A stretch of DNA of 64,000 nucleotides. Source: Escherichia coli (GTDB lineage: Bacteria > Pseudomonadota > Gammaproteobacteria > Enterobacterales > Enterobacteriaceae). The notes below the pieces were generated by a model, which did not search any database, had not been told where the DNA came from, and worked only from the letters and a program-made list of their open reading frames with translations. Positions 46,701-54,852 of this stretch are shown piece after piece; within the stretch, counting starts at the first letter, position 1, and every line of letters starts with the position of its first letter. The position numbers and the translations under genes were made by a program. The stretch lies in the NCBI RefSeq assembly GCF_011045215.1, contig NZ_CP049201.1. One strand, 5' to 3'.

Positions 46701-49700
46701 GATGTCACTGACCGCCGGACCATGACGGGCAGTGAACTGAACGGGGATACGGTCAGTATCGGTGCCGGACATAATCTGAACGTCACGGGCAGCAGTGTGG
46801 CCGGGGATAACCGTGTCTCCCTGGCTGCCGGAAATAACCTGAGTATCGGAACGCTGACAGAAAGCAACCGTGAAACACACCTGAAACAGGAGAAAAAATC
46901 CGGACTGATGAGCTCCGGAGGTGTGGGATTCAGCGTGGGCAGCCAGAGTCTGAAGGTCACGGACACCGCAACAGACACCACGCAGAAAGGCAGCACGGTG
47001 GGGAGTGTTCACGGTGATGTTTCCCTTCAGGCAGGTAACCGGTTGACCGTCAACGGCTCTGACCTGATTGCCGGCAGGGACATGGCACTCAGTGGTAAGG
47101 AGGTCAGCATTACCGCCGCCACTGACCGGCATGTGCAGACACATACGGTGGAGCAGAAAACCTCCGGTCTGACGCTTGCCCTGTCCGGCACAGCGGGCAG
47201 CGCCCTGAACACGACGGTGGAGACCGTACAGGCGGCGAAATCTGCCGGAAACAGCCGGCTTGAAGCCCTGCAGGGGGTGAAGGCCGCGCTCTCGGGGGCT
47301 CAGGCCGTGCAGGCCGGACGACTGGCAGAAGCACAGGGCAACCAGAAAGAGAATAACAATACCGTGGGTATCAGCCTCTCTTACGGCAGCCAGTCTTCGA
47401 AATCAGAACAGCAGTCAGAGCAGACGGTGGCGAAGGGCAGTACACTGACCGCAGGTAATAACCTCAGTATTCAGGCCACCGGCTCCGGCGTGAAGGGCGT
47501 GGATGGTGACCTGACGATACAGGGCGGTCAGATAAAGGCCGGGAACAACGTTCTGCTGCAGGCAAACCGTGACGTGAATCTGGTATCAGCAGAAAACACG
47601 TCAAAGCTGGAAGGAAAGAACACATCCAGTGGTGGCAGCGTGGGTGTCGGTATCGGTGTGGGGCCCGGAGGGCCTGGTTTCAGTCTGTCAGCCAGCGCAA
47701 ACCAGGGTAAGGGCAGTGAAAAAGGCAACGGTACCACCCATACAGAAACCACGGTGGATGCGGGAAACCGGCTGACCATTATCAGCGGGCGGGACACCAC
47801 GCTTACCGGCGCGCAGGCTGGCGGTGAAACGGTGAAAGTGGATGCCGGTCGTCATCTGACACTGACCAGTGAGCAGGACAGTGACCGTTATGACAGTAAG
47901 CAGCAGAATGCCAGCGCCGGAGGCAGCTTCACTTTCGGGTCCATGAGCGGTTCGGCGAGTGTGAACCTCAGCCGGGATAAAATGCACAGTAACTACGACA
48001 GTGTACAGGAGCAGACGGGGATTTTTGCCGGCAGGGGCGGGTTTGATGTCACCACCGGACAGCATACGCAACTGAACGGTGCGGTGATTGCGTCCACGGC
48101 AACGGCAGATAAAAACAGGCTGGATACCGGCACACTGGGCTTCAGTGACACTGAAAACCGGGCTGACTTTAAAACGGAACATCAGAGTGCAGGGCTCAGT
48201 ACCGGTGGCAGTGTTGCCGGAAATTTCCTGGGGAACATGGCAAACAATCTGCTGGTCGGTGCAAATCATGAAGGCCATGCGGACAGTACCACGCAGTCGG
48301 CTGTGTCTGCCGGGAATATCACTATCCGGGATACACAGAGCCAGAAACAGGATGTGGCAGACCTGAACCGTGACGTTGCGCATGCAAACCAGACGCTGTC
48401 CCCCATCTTTGACAGGGAAAAAGAGCAGCAGCGGTTGCAGCAGGCGCAACTCATTGGTGAGATTGGTAACCAGGTGGCAGATATTGCCAGAACGGAAGGA
48501 CAGATAGCCGGTGAGAAAGCGAAGCGGGACCCGGCAGCACTGAATCAGGCCCGCGCAGAGCTTGAGGCAGCAGGAAAACCGTACACGGAACAGGATGTGG
48601 CACAGCGGGCCTACAATAACGGTATGGCAGCCTCCGGTTTTGGAACGGGAGGCAAATACCAGCAGGCGATACAGGCCGCAACGGCAGCGGTACAGGGACT
48701 GGCCGGCGGTAATCTGAGTGCAGCCCTGGCAGGTGGTGCAGCGCCGTATATTGCTGAAATTATCAAACAGACCACCCCGGACGGTGCGGGGCGTGTGGCA
48801 GCTCATGCAGTAGTGAATGCCGCCCTGTCTCTGGCACAGGGTAAGAATGCCCTTGCCGGTGCTGCAGGTGCAGCCACCGGCGAGGTGGTGGGAATGATAG
48901 CCACACAGATATACGATAAATCGGTGAGTGAACTGAGTGAGACAGAGAAACAGACGGTCTCCACGCTGGCAACGGTTGCTGCCGGCCTGGCCGGTGGTCT
49001 GGTGGGAGACTCGGGGGCTTCAGCGGTAGCCGGCGCACAGTCAGGTAAGACGACTGTTGAGAATAATTATCTTAGCGTGTCTGAAAAGACAGAGCTTGAG
49101 ATAGCAAAACAGAAGCTTAAAAACAGTAAAGATCCGGCAGAGCGTGAAAAGGCACAGCAGAAATATGATGCATTGCTTGAAAAAGATATCAGCAGTGATA
49201 AGGCAGTAATCGCTGCGTGCAGTAACGGACAGGCAGCCAGCGCAGCTTGTGCCGGTGAAAGACTGAAGGTTATTGCAGCTAAAGGAGGTTATGAAACCGG
49301 ACACTACAATAACCAAGTCAGCGATATGTATCCGGATGCTTACGGGCAGATAGTAAACCTGCTGAATATCACCAGTGTTGATGCACAAAATCAACAACAG
49401 GTGAAGGATGCGATGGTGAACTATGCCATGGTGCAGTTTGGGGTCGATAGGGCGACGGCACAGGCATACGTTGAAACTTATGATGGAATGAAAGTTGTAG
49501 CTGCTTCGATGGCACCAGTAATAGGTGCTGCGGCGGCCAGTAAGATAGAAGTTCTGGCTGGTAAACAACGCTTGTCTAATAGTTTCGAGGTTAGCTCACT
49601 TCCAGATGCAAATGGGAAAAATCACATCACGGCTGTAAAAGGTGATGCTAAAATACCTGTCGATAAGATTGAACTATATATGCGTGGTAAAGCTTCTGGT

Positions 49701-50069
49701 GACCTTGATTCTTTGCAAGCAGAATATAATTCTTTAAAAGATGCAAGGATTAGCAGCCAAAAAGAATTTGCAAAAGATCCAAACAATGCTAAAAGGATGG
49801 AAGTATTAGAAAAACAAATCCATAATATTGAGCGTTCTCAAGATATGGCTCGTGTATTAGAACAAGCAGGTATAGTGAATACTGCCAGTAATAACAGCAT
49901 GATAATGGATAAGTTATTGGACTCAGCTCAGGGGGCTACGTCTGCAAATAGAAAAACATCTGTTGTTGTATCAGGGCCTAACGGTAACGTAAGGATTTAT
50001 GCTACATGGACAATATTACCTGATGGCACGAAAAGACTTTCAACTGTTAATACGGGGACATTCAAATGA
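40749..50069 (+). CDS. cdiA: Contact-dependent inhibition exoprotein CdiA (3106 aa) with VENN-delimited C-terminal toxin
   Basis: Extended signal peptide MNKNCYRIIFNKARGMLMVVADIA, TPS domain (ANPAGISCDGCGF), long FHA-type repeat tracts, VENN at 49056-49067, AT-rich C-terminal 333 aa. Confidence 0.9.
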   Translation: MNKNCYRIIFNKARGMLMVVADIARSGRAGASPSSRTGYPRRQRICRVTSLAFSLWLASGMVHSVSAAGIVADHGAPGHQQPTITQTASGIPQVNIQTPSAGGVSHNTYSQFDVSHQGVILNNSHKNVQTQLGGMVAGNPWLAKGEARIILNEVNSRNPSQLNGFVEVAGKKAQVVIANPAGISCDGCGFINANRATLTTGQPQMKNGSLTGFSVERGEIQITGKGMDASRTDYTDIIARSVKINAGIWAQDLKVTTGRNNVDIAHGQTEKKAADASSQPQVALDVSSLGGMYAGKIRLVGTETGVGVRNAGHIGAQAGAVTLTADGRIENSGSISAKTDVHLVTTRELHNSGSVYAGQDTQIQSDGVFTHTGSVASRRNTRIQTARLTGGERSLLAAGVKDDGRLAAAGNLTVSTTGELAAHGQVLSGGDMQLKGQGLDLSNSRIQGQHTELDAGSGNLFTQNAQLSAGTLSARTAGQFSNNDGTINADTLQISAQSLSNHRGKLIQTGTGDFSLNLPGGVDNREGLLAANGAVRLDALSLDNRRGKVQAAQSGSLQVRTTGAVDNQQGSLIASRDILINTQALNNDNGLISAAAGTGRIKTQQAVSNTEGRMESAGRLDISAGSLNNHQGTVVSDGLSVTLDGALDNTSGRLLSQKTLSVSGSELVSDDGLIQSGSDMTLDVQDGVLSNRNTKTRGGISSAGTLTVRAGMLNNQQGFMAGQKDMTLNAGTLDNRQGVLGSQASLQISSGTLMNQKGALKAGTDMLLSGGDVSNQEGTLAAGGDLNAHLNVLENQQGTVVSNGNSRLDVTRSDNQGGRLVAQQSLTLSSTDISNDAGGLIQSGATLNLRADTLSNRNSGDRGGVISQGPMTLNAGTLDSTAGVLLSGDALSLTAGVVNNTSGQVVANGQIVATGLPGRNSLALNNQSGLIQGKGISINSAGRTLDNRGGTLNSLQELTVSTGAMDNRGGTVGAKTTADLSTTSLDNREGGRLVSEGELRLHTGGLQNSHGQIQSVGDILFDSVRGVVDNVSGLIRSGSAITLNALQFINRHTQNTGQGLEAQTIHITTQDLDNQEGSILADRALTVMADRTLSNNDGVLSSGATLSVSGRQLAFSNRDGVVKAGQSVSVDVGQLGGDGKLLSPGDITLKSNTAFSNSGQTIANGNLTLSVNGDVSNTGSLLAGSRLDLNSIRLENTEKGEISAGQTWLNVTDTLLNRGLIDGKYTHLQANTLTNSGTGRIYGDAVGVSAATFNNLDENGVAATLAGRERVDLGVQTLNNRTHSLIYSAGDMHIGGMLDANGAATGKAGVLNNHSATIEAAGSLTLSAGQINNVNDHFTTERVVVSTEKVTEYQHRGSDVRWNAKDEGVFIDNNSSDGLLNLNTPDDTGHNNDRFTKYEYTRTVEETRVKDSDPGKILSGAGMTVVADKLLNDKSQVVAGGLLDMQAGDVENVSVSGERHVTDKGTSTYYYRIKRKNKNDRQGERISPYEPPPVIQTITLKPGELTSHGQVQGSQVTLSPLKPQGTDVQTGLTGNVDATVAVTDRIPLRPVVSAGEPVILLPGQQFEVSAPQGSIHVAGPDTRLPDSSLFKTNPAVNVPYLVETDPRFTNQKTWLGSDYMQKAFSQNGDNMLKRLGDGFYEQRLIREQVVALTGQRYLDGYSNDEEQFKALMDAGIAFGKQYNLTPGVALTAEQMALLTGDIVWLVNTTVTLPDGSTQTVQVPQVYARVKPGDVNSAGALIAGRDMVMKLDGDLFNSGKLAGKQAVQLSAENIHNQAGTIQGANVSLTARTDINSTGGLLQATDSLLAMAGRDISLTTTTRTAQRDAGQNHFERTSIDSVAGVYVQNDQGRLVLQAGRDMNLTAATVVNQGKDSLTQLSAGRDMTLSTVTTSAQDNITWDKNNRLSQGVTQNTGSTLAGNGDVTLTAGRDMTSQAASLSAQKGLALMAGHDVTLTGAQNTRSLDEYHKVTGNSGMLSKTTTTTHDVTDRRTMTGSELNGDTVSIGAGHNLNVTGSSVAGDNRVSLAAGNNLSIGTLTESNRETHLKQEKKSGLMSSGGVGFSVGSQSLKVTDTATDTTQKGSTVGSVHGDVSLQAGNRLTVNGSDLIAGRDMALSGKEVSITAATDRHVQTHTVEQKTSGLTLALSGTAGSALNTTVETVQAAKSAGNSRLEALQGVKAALSGAQAVQAGRLAEAQGNQKENNNTVGISLSYGSQSSKSEQQSEQTVAKGSTLTAGNNLSIQATGSGVKGVDGDLTIQGGQIKAGNNVLLQANRDVNLVSAENTSKLEGKNTSSGGSVGVGIGVGPGGPGFSLSASANQGKGSEKGNGTTHTETTVDAGNRLTIISGRDTTLTGAQAGGETVKVDAGRHLTLTSEQDSDRYDSKQQNASAGGSFTFGSMSGSASVNLSRDKMHSNYDSVQEQTGIFAGRGGFDVTTGQHTQLNGAVIASTATADKNRLDTGTLGFSDTENRADFKTEHQSAGLSTGGSVAGNFLGNMANNLLVGANHEGHADSTTQSAVSAGNITIRDTQSQKQDVADLNRDVAHANQTLSPIFDREKEQQRLQQAQLIGEIGNQVADIARTEGQIAGEKAKRDPAALNQARAELEAAGKPYTEQDVAQRAYNNGMAASGFGTGGKYQQAIQAATAAVQGLAGGNLSAALAGGAAPYIAEIIKQTTPDGAGRVAAHAVVNAALSLAQGKNALAGAAGAATGEVVGMIATQIYDKSVSELSETEKQTVSTLATVAAGLAGGLVGDSGASAVAGAQSGKTTVENNYLSVSEKTELEIAKQKLKNSKDPAEREKAQQKYDALLEKDISSDKAVIAACSNGQAASAACAGERLKVIAAKGGYETGHYNNQVSDMYPDAYGQIVNLLNITSVDAQNQQQVKDAMVNYAMVQFGVDRATAQAYVETYDGMKVVAASMAPVIGAAAASKIEVLAGKQRLSNSFEVSSLPDANGKNHITAVKGDAKIPVDKIELYMRGKASGDLDSLQAEYNSLKDARISSQKEFAKDPNNAKRMEVLEKQIHNIERSQDMARVLEQAGIVNTASNNSMIMDKLLDSAQGATSANRKTSVVVSGPNGNVRIYATWTILPDGTKRLSTVNTGTFK

Positions 50070-50551
50070 TAAATGTGAATAGTACCGCAAAGGATATTGA
50101 AGGTTTAGAAAGTTACCTAGCTAATGGCTATGTAGAGGCTGACTCTTTTAACGACCCAGAGGATGATGCGTTAGAGTGTCTCAGTAATTTATTAGTTAAA
50201 GATTCGAGGGGGGGGCTGTCATTTTGTAAAAAAATACTTAATTCAAATAACATTGATGGTGTTTTTATTAAAGGTTCGGCGCTGAATTTCTTATTATTGT
50301 CAGAACAGTGGTCTTACGCCTTTGAGTATTTGACAAGCAATGCGGATAATATAACTCTTGCAGAGCTTGAAAAGGCGCTTTTCTATTTTTACTGTGCAAA
50401 AAATGAGACAGATCCTTATCCTGTACCAGAGGGTTTATTCAAAAAACTGATGAAAAGATATGAAGAACTGAAAAATGACCCTGATGCAAAATTTTATCAT
50501 CTTCATGAAACGTACAATGATTTTTCAAAAGCTTATCCTCTGAATAATTAG
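50066..50551 (+). CDS. cdiI: Putative CdiI immunity protein for the main CdiA-CT
   Basis: 161-aa AT-rich ORF; start overlaps cdiA stop (ATGA at 50066-50069). Confidence 0.6.
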   Translation: MINVNSTAKDIEGLESYLANGYVEADSFNDPEDDALECLSNLLVKDSRGGLSFCKKILNSNNIDGVFIKGSALNFLLLSEQWSYAFEYLTSNADNITLAELEKALFYFYCAKNETDPYPVPEGLFKKLMKRYEELKNDPDAKFYHLHETYNDFSKAYPLNN

Positions 50552-50780
50552 AAGCTATCGCCATGGAATATTGTCTATGACTGCATGGAAGGATGATGGT
50601 CATAGTGTGTTGGGAGCTATTCTTTAACAGATTTGGGGGAAATGGTGTAACTGGCTGAAAGGGCGCGTCAGGGCAAAAAGTTGTTGCGCCGGAATTATAG
50701 CAGGACAAAGCGGTTTTAACGCGCTGAAAGCACAGGGAAAACTTGTTTTATCACAGCAACCTGCGGCGGAAAGAGTTGTT

Positions 50781-51716
50781 GTTGAGAATAACTTTTTGAC
50801 CGCGGATCAGATCGATAGCTTTGCGGCAAAAGCAAAAGGGTGTGAAGTACGTGGCGACTGCAAACAGATTGTAAAGGAGATGGAGGAGCTCAGCCTTAAG
50901 CAACAGCAGGAAATGATAGCTGTCTGCGCAACAAACCCTGCGGCCTGCAAAGAGAAATTCGGCGATATACCAGCTAAAGGAATGCTTGTACGAGAAGCGA
51001 TAGATCGTGTGTTAGGTGCAGATGTACCGTCTGCAATGAAGAATGATATGTCTTCGTTGTTAGCTCAGCAGATCGAAGCGGAAGGTGTTGTTACCAGTAC
51101 TGAATTTGCCTGTCAGCTACAAAATCGTTACGGTATAGACAAGCAACAGGCTGAAATCCTTGCCGTCGCAGCATTGGGAGCAGTGACAGGTGGGATGGGG
51201 AAATCAGGTACTTCAACGGTAACTAAAAACATCGTTGTGGTTAATTCAGGTAAGAAAGGGGCCTGGAATCAAGCAATGAATAAGCCGGAACCGAATACCG
51301 TTTATAAGGTCGATGGAAATAAAACATACCAGACTGATGCATTGGGAAGAACTAGTTCAGTTGAGGGTATACTAGTTGCTTCGAAAAGCGACAGAAACAC
51401 TTATCAGCAATGCAAGGCCGGGAAATGTGGTAGCTCTGGTGATGAAGGTGGTCATTTAATTGCCAGTATTTTTAATGGTCCTGGCGAAAAACTCAATCTT
51501 GTTCCTATGGATGGCAACCTGAATAAAGGTGTATGGAAACAGATGGAAAACACATGGGCTAATGCTTTGAAAGATGGCAAACAAGTTAATGTTAAAATAG
51601 AACCTGTTTACACTGGGGAGAATAAGCGTCCTGAAAGCTTTAGTGTAACATACTCTATTGATGGAGGCCGTCCTGTTATCAAAGACATCAGCAACACACC
51701 TGGAGGGGTAAAATGA
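50781..51716 (+). CDS. Orphan cdiA-CT module 1 (VENN-prefixed toxin domain, activity unknown)
   Basis: VVENN at 50781-50792 without upstream CdiA body; about 310 aa follow, with a His-containing segment GDEGGHLIASIFNG. Confidence 0.6.
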   Translation, partial: VENNFLTADQIDSFAAKAKGCEVRGDCKQIVKEMEELSLKQQQEMIAVCATNPAACKEKFGDIPAKGMLVREAIDRVLGADVPSAMKNDMSSLLAQQIEAEGVVTSTEFACQLQNRYGIDKQQAEILAVAALGAVTGGMGKSGTSTVTKNIVVVNSGKKGAWNQAMNKPEPNTVYKVDGNKTYQTDALGRTSSVEGILVASKSDRNTYQQCKAGKCGSSGDEGGHLIASIFNGPGEKLNLVPMDGNLNKGVWKQMENTWANALKDGKQVNVKIEPVYTGENKRPESFSVTYSIDGGRPVIKDISNTPGGVK

Positions 51717-52051
51717 ACGAATTAGATGATCTGCATAATAAAATAGGTCAGTTATTAGTGGATGCCGGTCCTGCTAATGCGATGAAGATCATTGCTCGTG
51801 CTAAATTATCACTAGATGGTGAGTCATGTGAGTATGAGTATGATTATCTTGATCAAGAGGGAGATGAAGATTGGTTCGTTCCTGATAAGTTAGCCAGTCA
51901 CGATCTTAGGCTACTGTTAGTTAAAATGAGGGATTTTTACATCCGAAATAATATGACTAACGGGAAACCAGCATGGATAGGTTGTGAAATAATCGTTGAT
52001 ATACCAGAAGAAAAAATTAGCATAAACTTTCAATATGATGATGAACTATGA
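51713..52051 (+). CDS. Orphan cdiI module 1 (putative immunity protein)
   Basis: 112-aa acidic ORF; start overlaps the orphan toxin stop (ATGA). Confidence 0.55.
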   Translation: MNELDDLHNKIGQLLVDAGPANAMKIIARAKLSLDGESCEYEYDYLDQEGDEDWFVPDKLASHDLRLLLVKMRDFYIRNNMTNGKPAWIGCEIIVDIPEEKISINFQYDDEL

Positions 52052-52215
52052 TCTAGGCCCCGGGATCTCCACAATGCCCATAGCGTGTACGGTGGAACAA
52101 AGCGTGTCGGGGAAAAAATCGGCGGGCAGCGAAACGCAACAGAATAAAGGTTGTAACAAACTGAAAGAAAAGGGGAAAATCGTCTCCTTCACCACAATGC
52201 GCGTCAGAGAGAGTT

Positions 52216-52710
52216 GTTATTGAGAATAACTTCTTAAGCTCTAAAGAAGCCCGACAATTCGATGAAGAACTGGTGGAATGCAAGGCTTCTGGTGGAGACT
52301 GTAAATCTGTTATTCAGAAATATCTGGATATCAGCAACCAAAACAGTAAGGAACTGGCTGAAGCCTGTACTGGCGGTGGTGTTGCATGCGTAACTTGGGA
52401 GGAATTAATTCAGGGAAGGACTAATGTTGCTAATGTTGCTAATGATCCACATTCCGGACAATTCAGACTGGATGAAAAACTTAAGGATCCCGATGCGGTC
52501 GCTATTGTGAATTATCTCAACGGCTCAGACCTCAAGTTCCTTAAAGATAATATTACAGAGGGGGATCGCTTACTGTCTGTTATCAGCGATCCAACTTCAT
52601 GGCCTGTTGCTGTAATGGGAGGAAAGGCCTTTATCACCAATGCAGTCAATAATACTAAAGAACAGCTTATAGCTGTGGGGGTTGGTGTTGGATTAGGGGC
52701 CGGTATTTAG
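52216..52710 (+). CDS. Orphan cdiA-CT module 2, N-terminal part (VIENN-prefixed)
   Basis: VIENN at 52216-52230, then Cys-containing region ECKASGGDCKSVIQKY similar to module 1; ends at TAG 52708-52710. Confidence 0.5.
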   Translation, partial: VIENNFLSSKEARQFDEELVECKASGGDCKSVIQKYLDISNQNSKELAEACTGGGVACVTWEELIQGRTNVANVANDPHSGQFRLDEKLKDPDAVAIVNYLNGSDLKFLKDNITEGDRLLSVISDPTSWPVAVMGGKAFITNAVNNTKEQLIAVGVGVGLGAGI

Positions 52711-52751
52711 CAACAGGCAGCGTTGCCCTGTTACCGGGGAGTGCCCAGGCT

Positions 52752-53231
52752 ATGTGGTTACTTGGTGCCGGGACAAATGCCGGGATGCAGTATGCAGATA
52801 GTGGTGAAATAAACCCGGTCAACTCAGTGGCAGCAGGCTGGATAAATGTGATAACCATGGGGCAGGGCTGGAAAGGGACAATAGCCTGGAATGCGGCAGG
52901 TGGAGCATTAACCAACGCCATAAACGGAGATGATCCTCTTACTGGGGCGATTACAAATGGAGCGGGGGCCGGGTTTGGATATGGGGTTGGCAATTATGTG
53001 GTCAAGCCTGCTGCAAATACAATCGGTAAATGGATAACCGGTGGCTGGAATCCTAAATTCGATCCGACTCTACTAAAATATACTGAAGTTAAAGGGCAGT
53101 TAGGTCTATCTAAAGAAATGGTACCGAGTAAGATCCCTGGTGCTGTGGGTAATGCGGGTGGTAGTTTATCATCTGAGTTTGGAAGCTCCATTATCCAGAA
53201 AAAGAAAGATGCAATGGAGGCTGGGAAATGA
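52752..53231 (+). CDS. Glycine-zipper-rich protein, probable C-terminal toxin part of orphan module 2 (different frame)
   Basis: 159-aa ORF with Gly-rich hydrophobic stretch (GAITNGAGAGFGYGVGNYVV); stop overlaps the next small gene. Confidence 0.45.
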   Translation: MWLLGAGTNAGMQYADSGEINPVNSVAAGWINVITMGQGWKGTIAWNAAGGALTNAINGDDPLTGAITNGAGAGFGYGVGNYVVKPAANTIGKWITGGWNPKFDPTLLKYTEVKGQLGLSKEMVPSKIPGAVGNAGGSLSSEFGSSIIQKKKDAMEAGK

Positions 53232-53461
53232 AGAACCTTCTTATTGTTGTCTTATTAATGACTGTATGCATATTTGGTTTGTTTATAGTCGGTTCGATTT
53301 TTTATCTTCTTCTGAAGATATTTATGTATTTTTATTTGAATGCCCCAATATCATTTGAAGTTTTTCAGTTTTCTAGACTGTTAAAAATGAGTGTGTATGG
53401 GGGGGGGATCTTAGGCTTGGGTATTGGTTTGTTGCATATCATGAAAGTTAAGGGGTTCTGA
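53228..53461 (+). CDS. Small two-helix membrane protein, putative immunity protein of orphan module 2
   Basis: 77-aa very AT-rich ORF with two hydrophobic helices; ATGA overlap with upstream ORF. Confidence 0.5.
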   Translation: MKNLLIVVLLMTVCIFGLFIVGSIFYLLLKIFMYFYLNAPISFEVFQFSRLLKMSVYGGGILGLGIGLLHIMKVKGF

Positions 53462-53464
53462 AAT

Positions 53465-53605
53465 GTTGTTGAGAATAACTACCTCAGCTACGACGAGGTA
53501 CATGCTTTTGACAGAGAAATGACTGTCTGTCGTAAAGCTGATCGTGAATGCGGAGATATTCAGAACAAGTATGCTGTAATTAATGCTGATAACCGGTTGA
53601 AATAG
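53465..53605 (+). pseudogene. Orphan cdiA-CT module 3 remnant (VENN plus 41 codons)
   Basis: VVENN at 53465-53479 followed by a short Cys-containing peptide and stop at 53603-53605; no immunity gene follows. Confidence 0.5.
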
Positions 53606-53726
53606 CATATTAATGTAGCTGTTGTTCCTCTGACGTATCAACCACCCTCAGAGTGATTGACATCAGATAGAAATATTAGCATCATTATTTCATCAAATAA
53701 CTCTCATTAACAATGGAGATAATAAA

Positions 53727-54284
53727 ATGAAAAAACTGTCAGTTCTTTCAGCCATCATATTATCAGTGGCAAGCGGTTCCGTGCTGGCTGACAACCATTC
53801 GTTTTCTGTCGGTTATGCACAGAGTAAAATTCAGAACTTCAAGAATATTAGAGGGGTAAACCTGCAGTACAGGTATGAATGGGACTCCCCGGTCAGTATT
53901 ATGGGCAGTTTCTCCTGGATGAAAGGGGATGGTAATCAGGAATATCATTCATATGGCGATTCAATTAAAAACCAGGTTGATGCAAAATATTATTCCTTAC
54001 TGACCGGCCCCGTATGGCGCATTAACGATTATATGTCACTGTATGCGGCTGGCGGCGTGGCGCATGTTAAAGCTGATGGTAAAACAGCATGGACAAACGT
54101 TGATGGTTATTTCGCCAGAGAAAATATTTCGAAAAAATCCACATCTTTTGCTTATGCTGCCGGGGTAATGATCAATCCGACAAGTAATATTACAATTAAT
54201 GCCGGATATGAAGGAACCAGAGCAAAACTTGGCGATAATTATTCCATTAATGGATTCAATATTGGCGTGGGTTATCGCTTTTAA
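53727..54284 (+). CDS. Ail/Lom/OmpX/PagC-family outer-membrane beta-barrel protein
   Basis: 185-aa ORF with signal peptide, alternating aromatic/hydrophilic strands, terminal ...GVGYRF. Confidence 0.75.
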   Translation: MKKLSVLSAIILSVASGSVLADNHSFSVGYAQSKIQNFKNIRGVNLQYRYEWDSPVSIMGSFSWMKGDGNQEYHSYGDSIKNQVDAKYYSLLTGPVWRINDYMSLYAAGGVAHVKADGKTAWTNVDGYFARENISKKSTSFAYAAGVMINPTSNITINAGYEGTRAKLGDNYSINGFNIGVGYRF

Positions 54285-54852
54285 TAAAGTAGAATGAACA
54301 TAATAGCGTTCATATCTGTTTTTTTACTTAACCAAGCGGTACATATATGTACCGCTTGTCTGTAATAAATCAATACCGCCTGTAACGGTACGAATGACTA
54401 TTGCCATGAACGCAATCATGTTTCTGTTGTTGCCGAACATCGTTCTGTGCAGAGGCTTTTGGTGTGCCTTCCATCAGCCAGCGTAATGATTCTCAGGCAA
54501 TTTTGTATCGTTTCGGTTAACTCATACTGATGCGTCGGTGGCGGGGCATCCGAACGATCGCAGTCTGACAATGGTCGATTTATTTTGCTTGCGCAGGGGC
54601 GAGCGCCAGGCTGGTATCGGAGGCGGGTTCTGAAGGACTGAGTCGGGTAATTGCGTCAGGTCGCGAAGTACTGACACGGGTACTGGTGGCAGGTGATGAA
54701 GTGCAGCCCCGGGAATGGCTCCGGGCTGACTCAGGTTCTGATTCGCTGTCAGCCCGCGTGGTGGCTGGCCTGGCTCATTTCCTGTCGTCAGGCGTTCAAC
54801 TCCCGACTGCAGATTATGGCACGCTGCAAGAACACCTGACGACAGGTATCAC

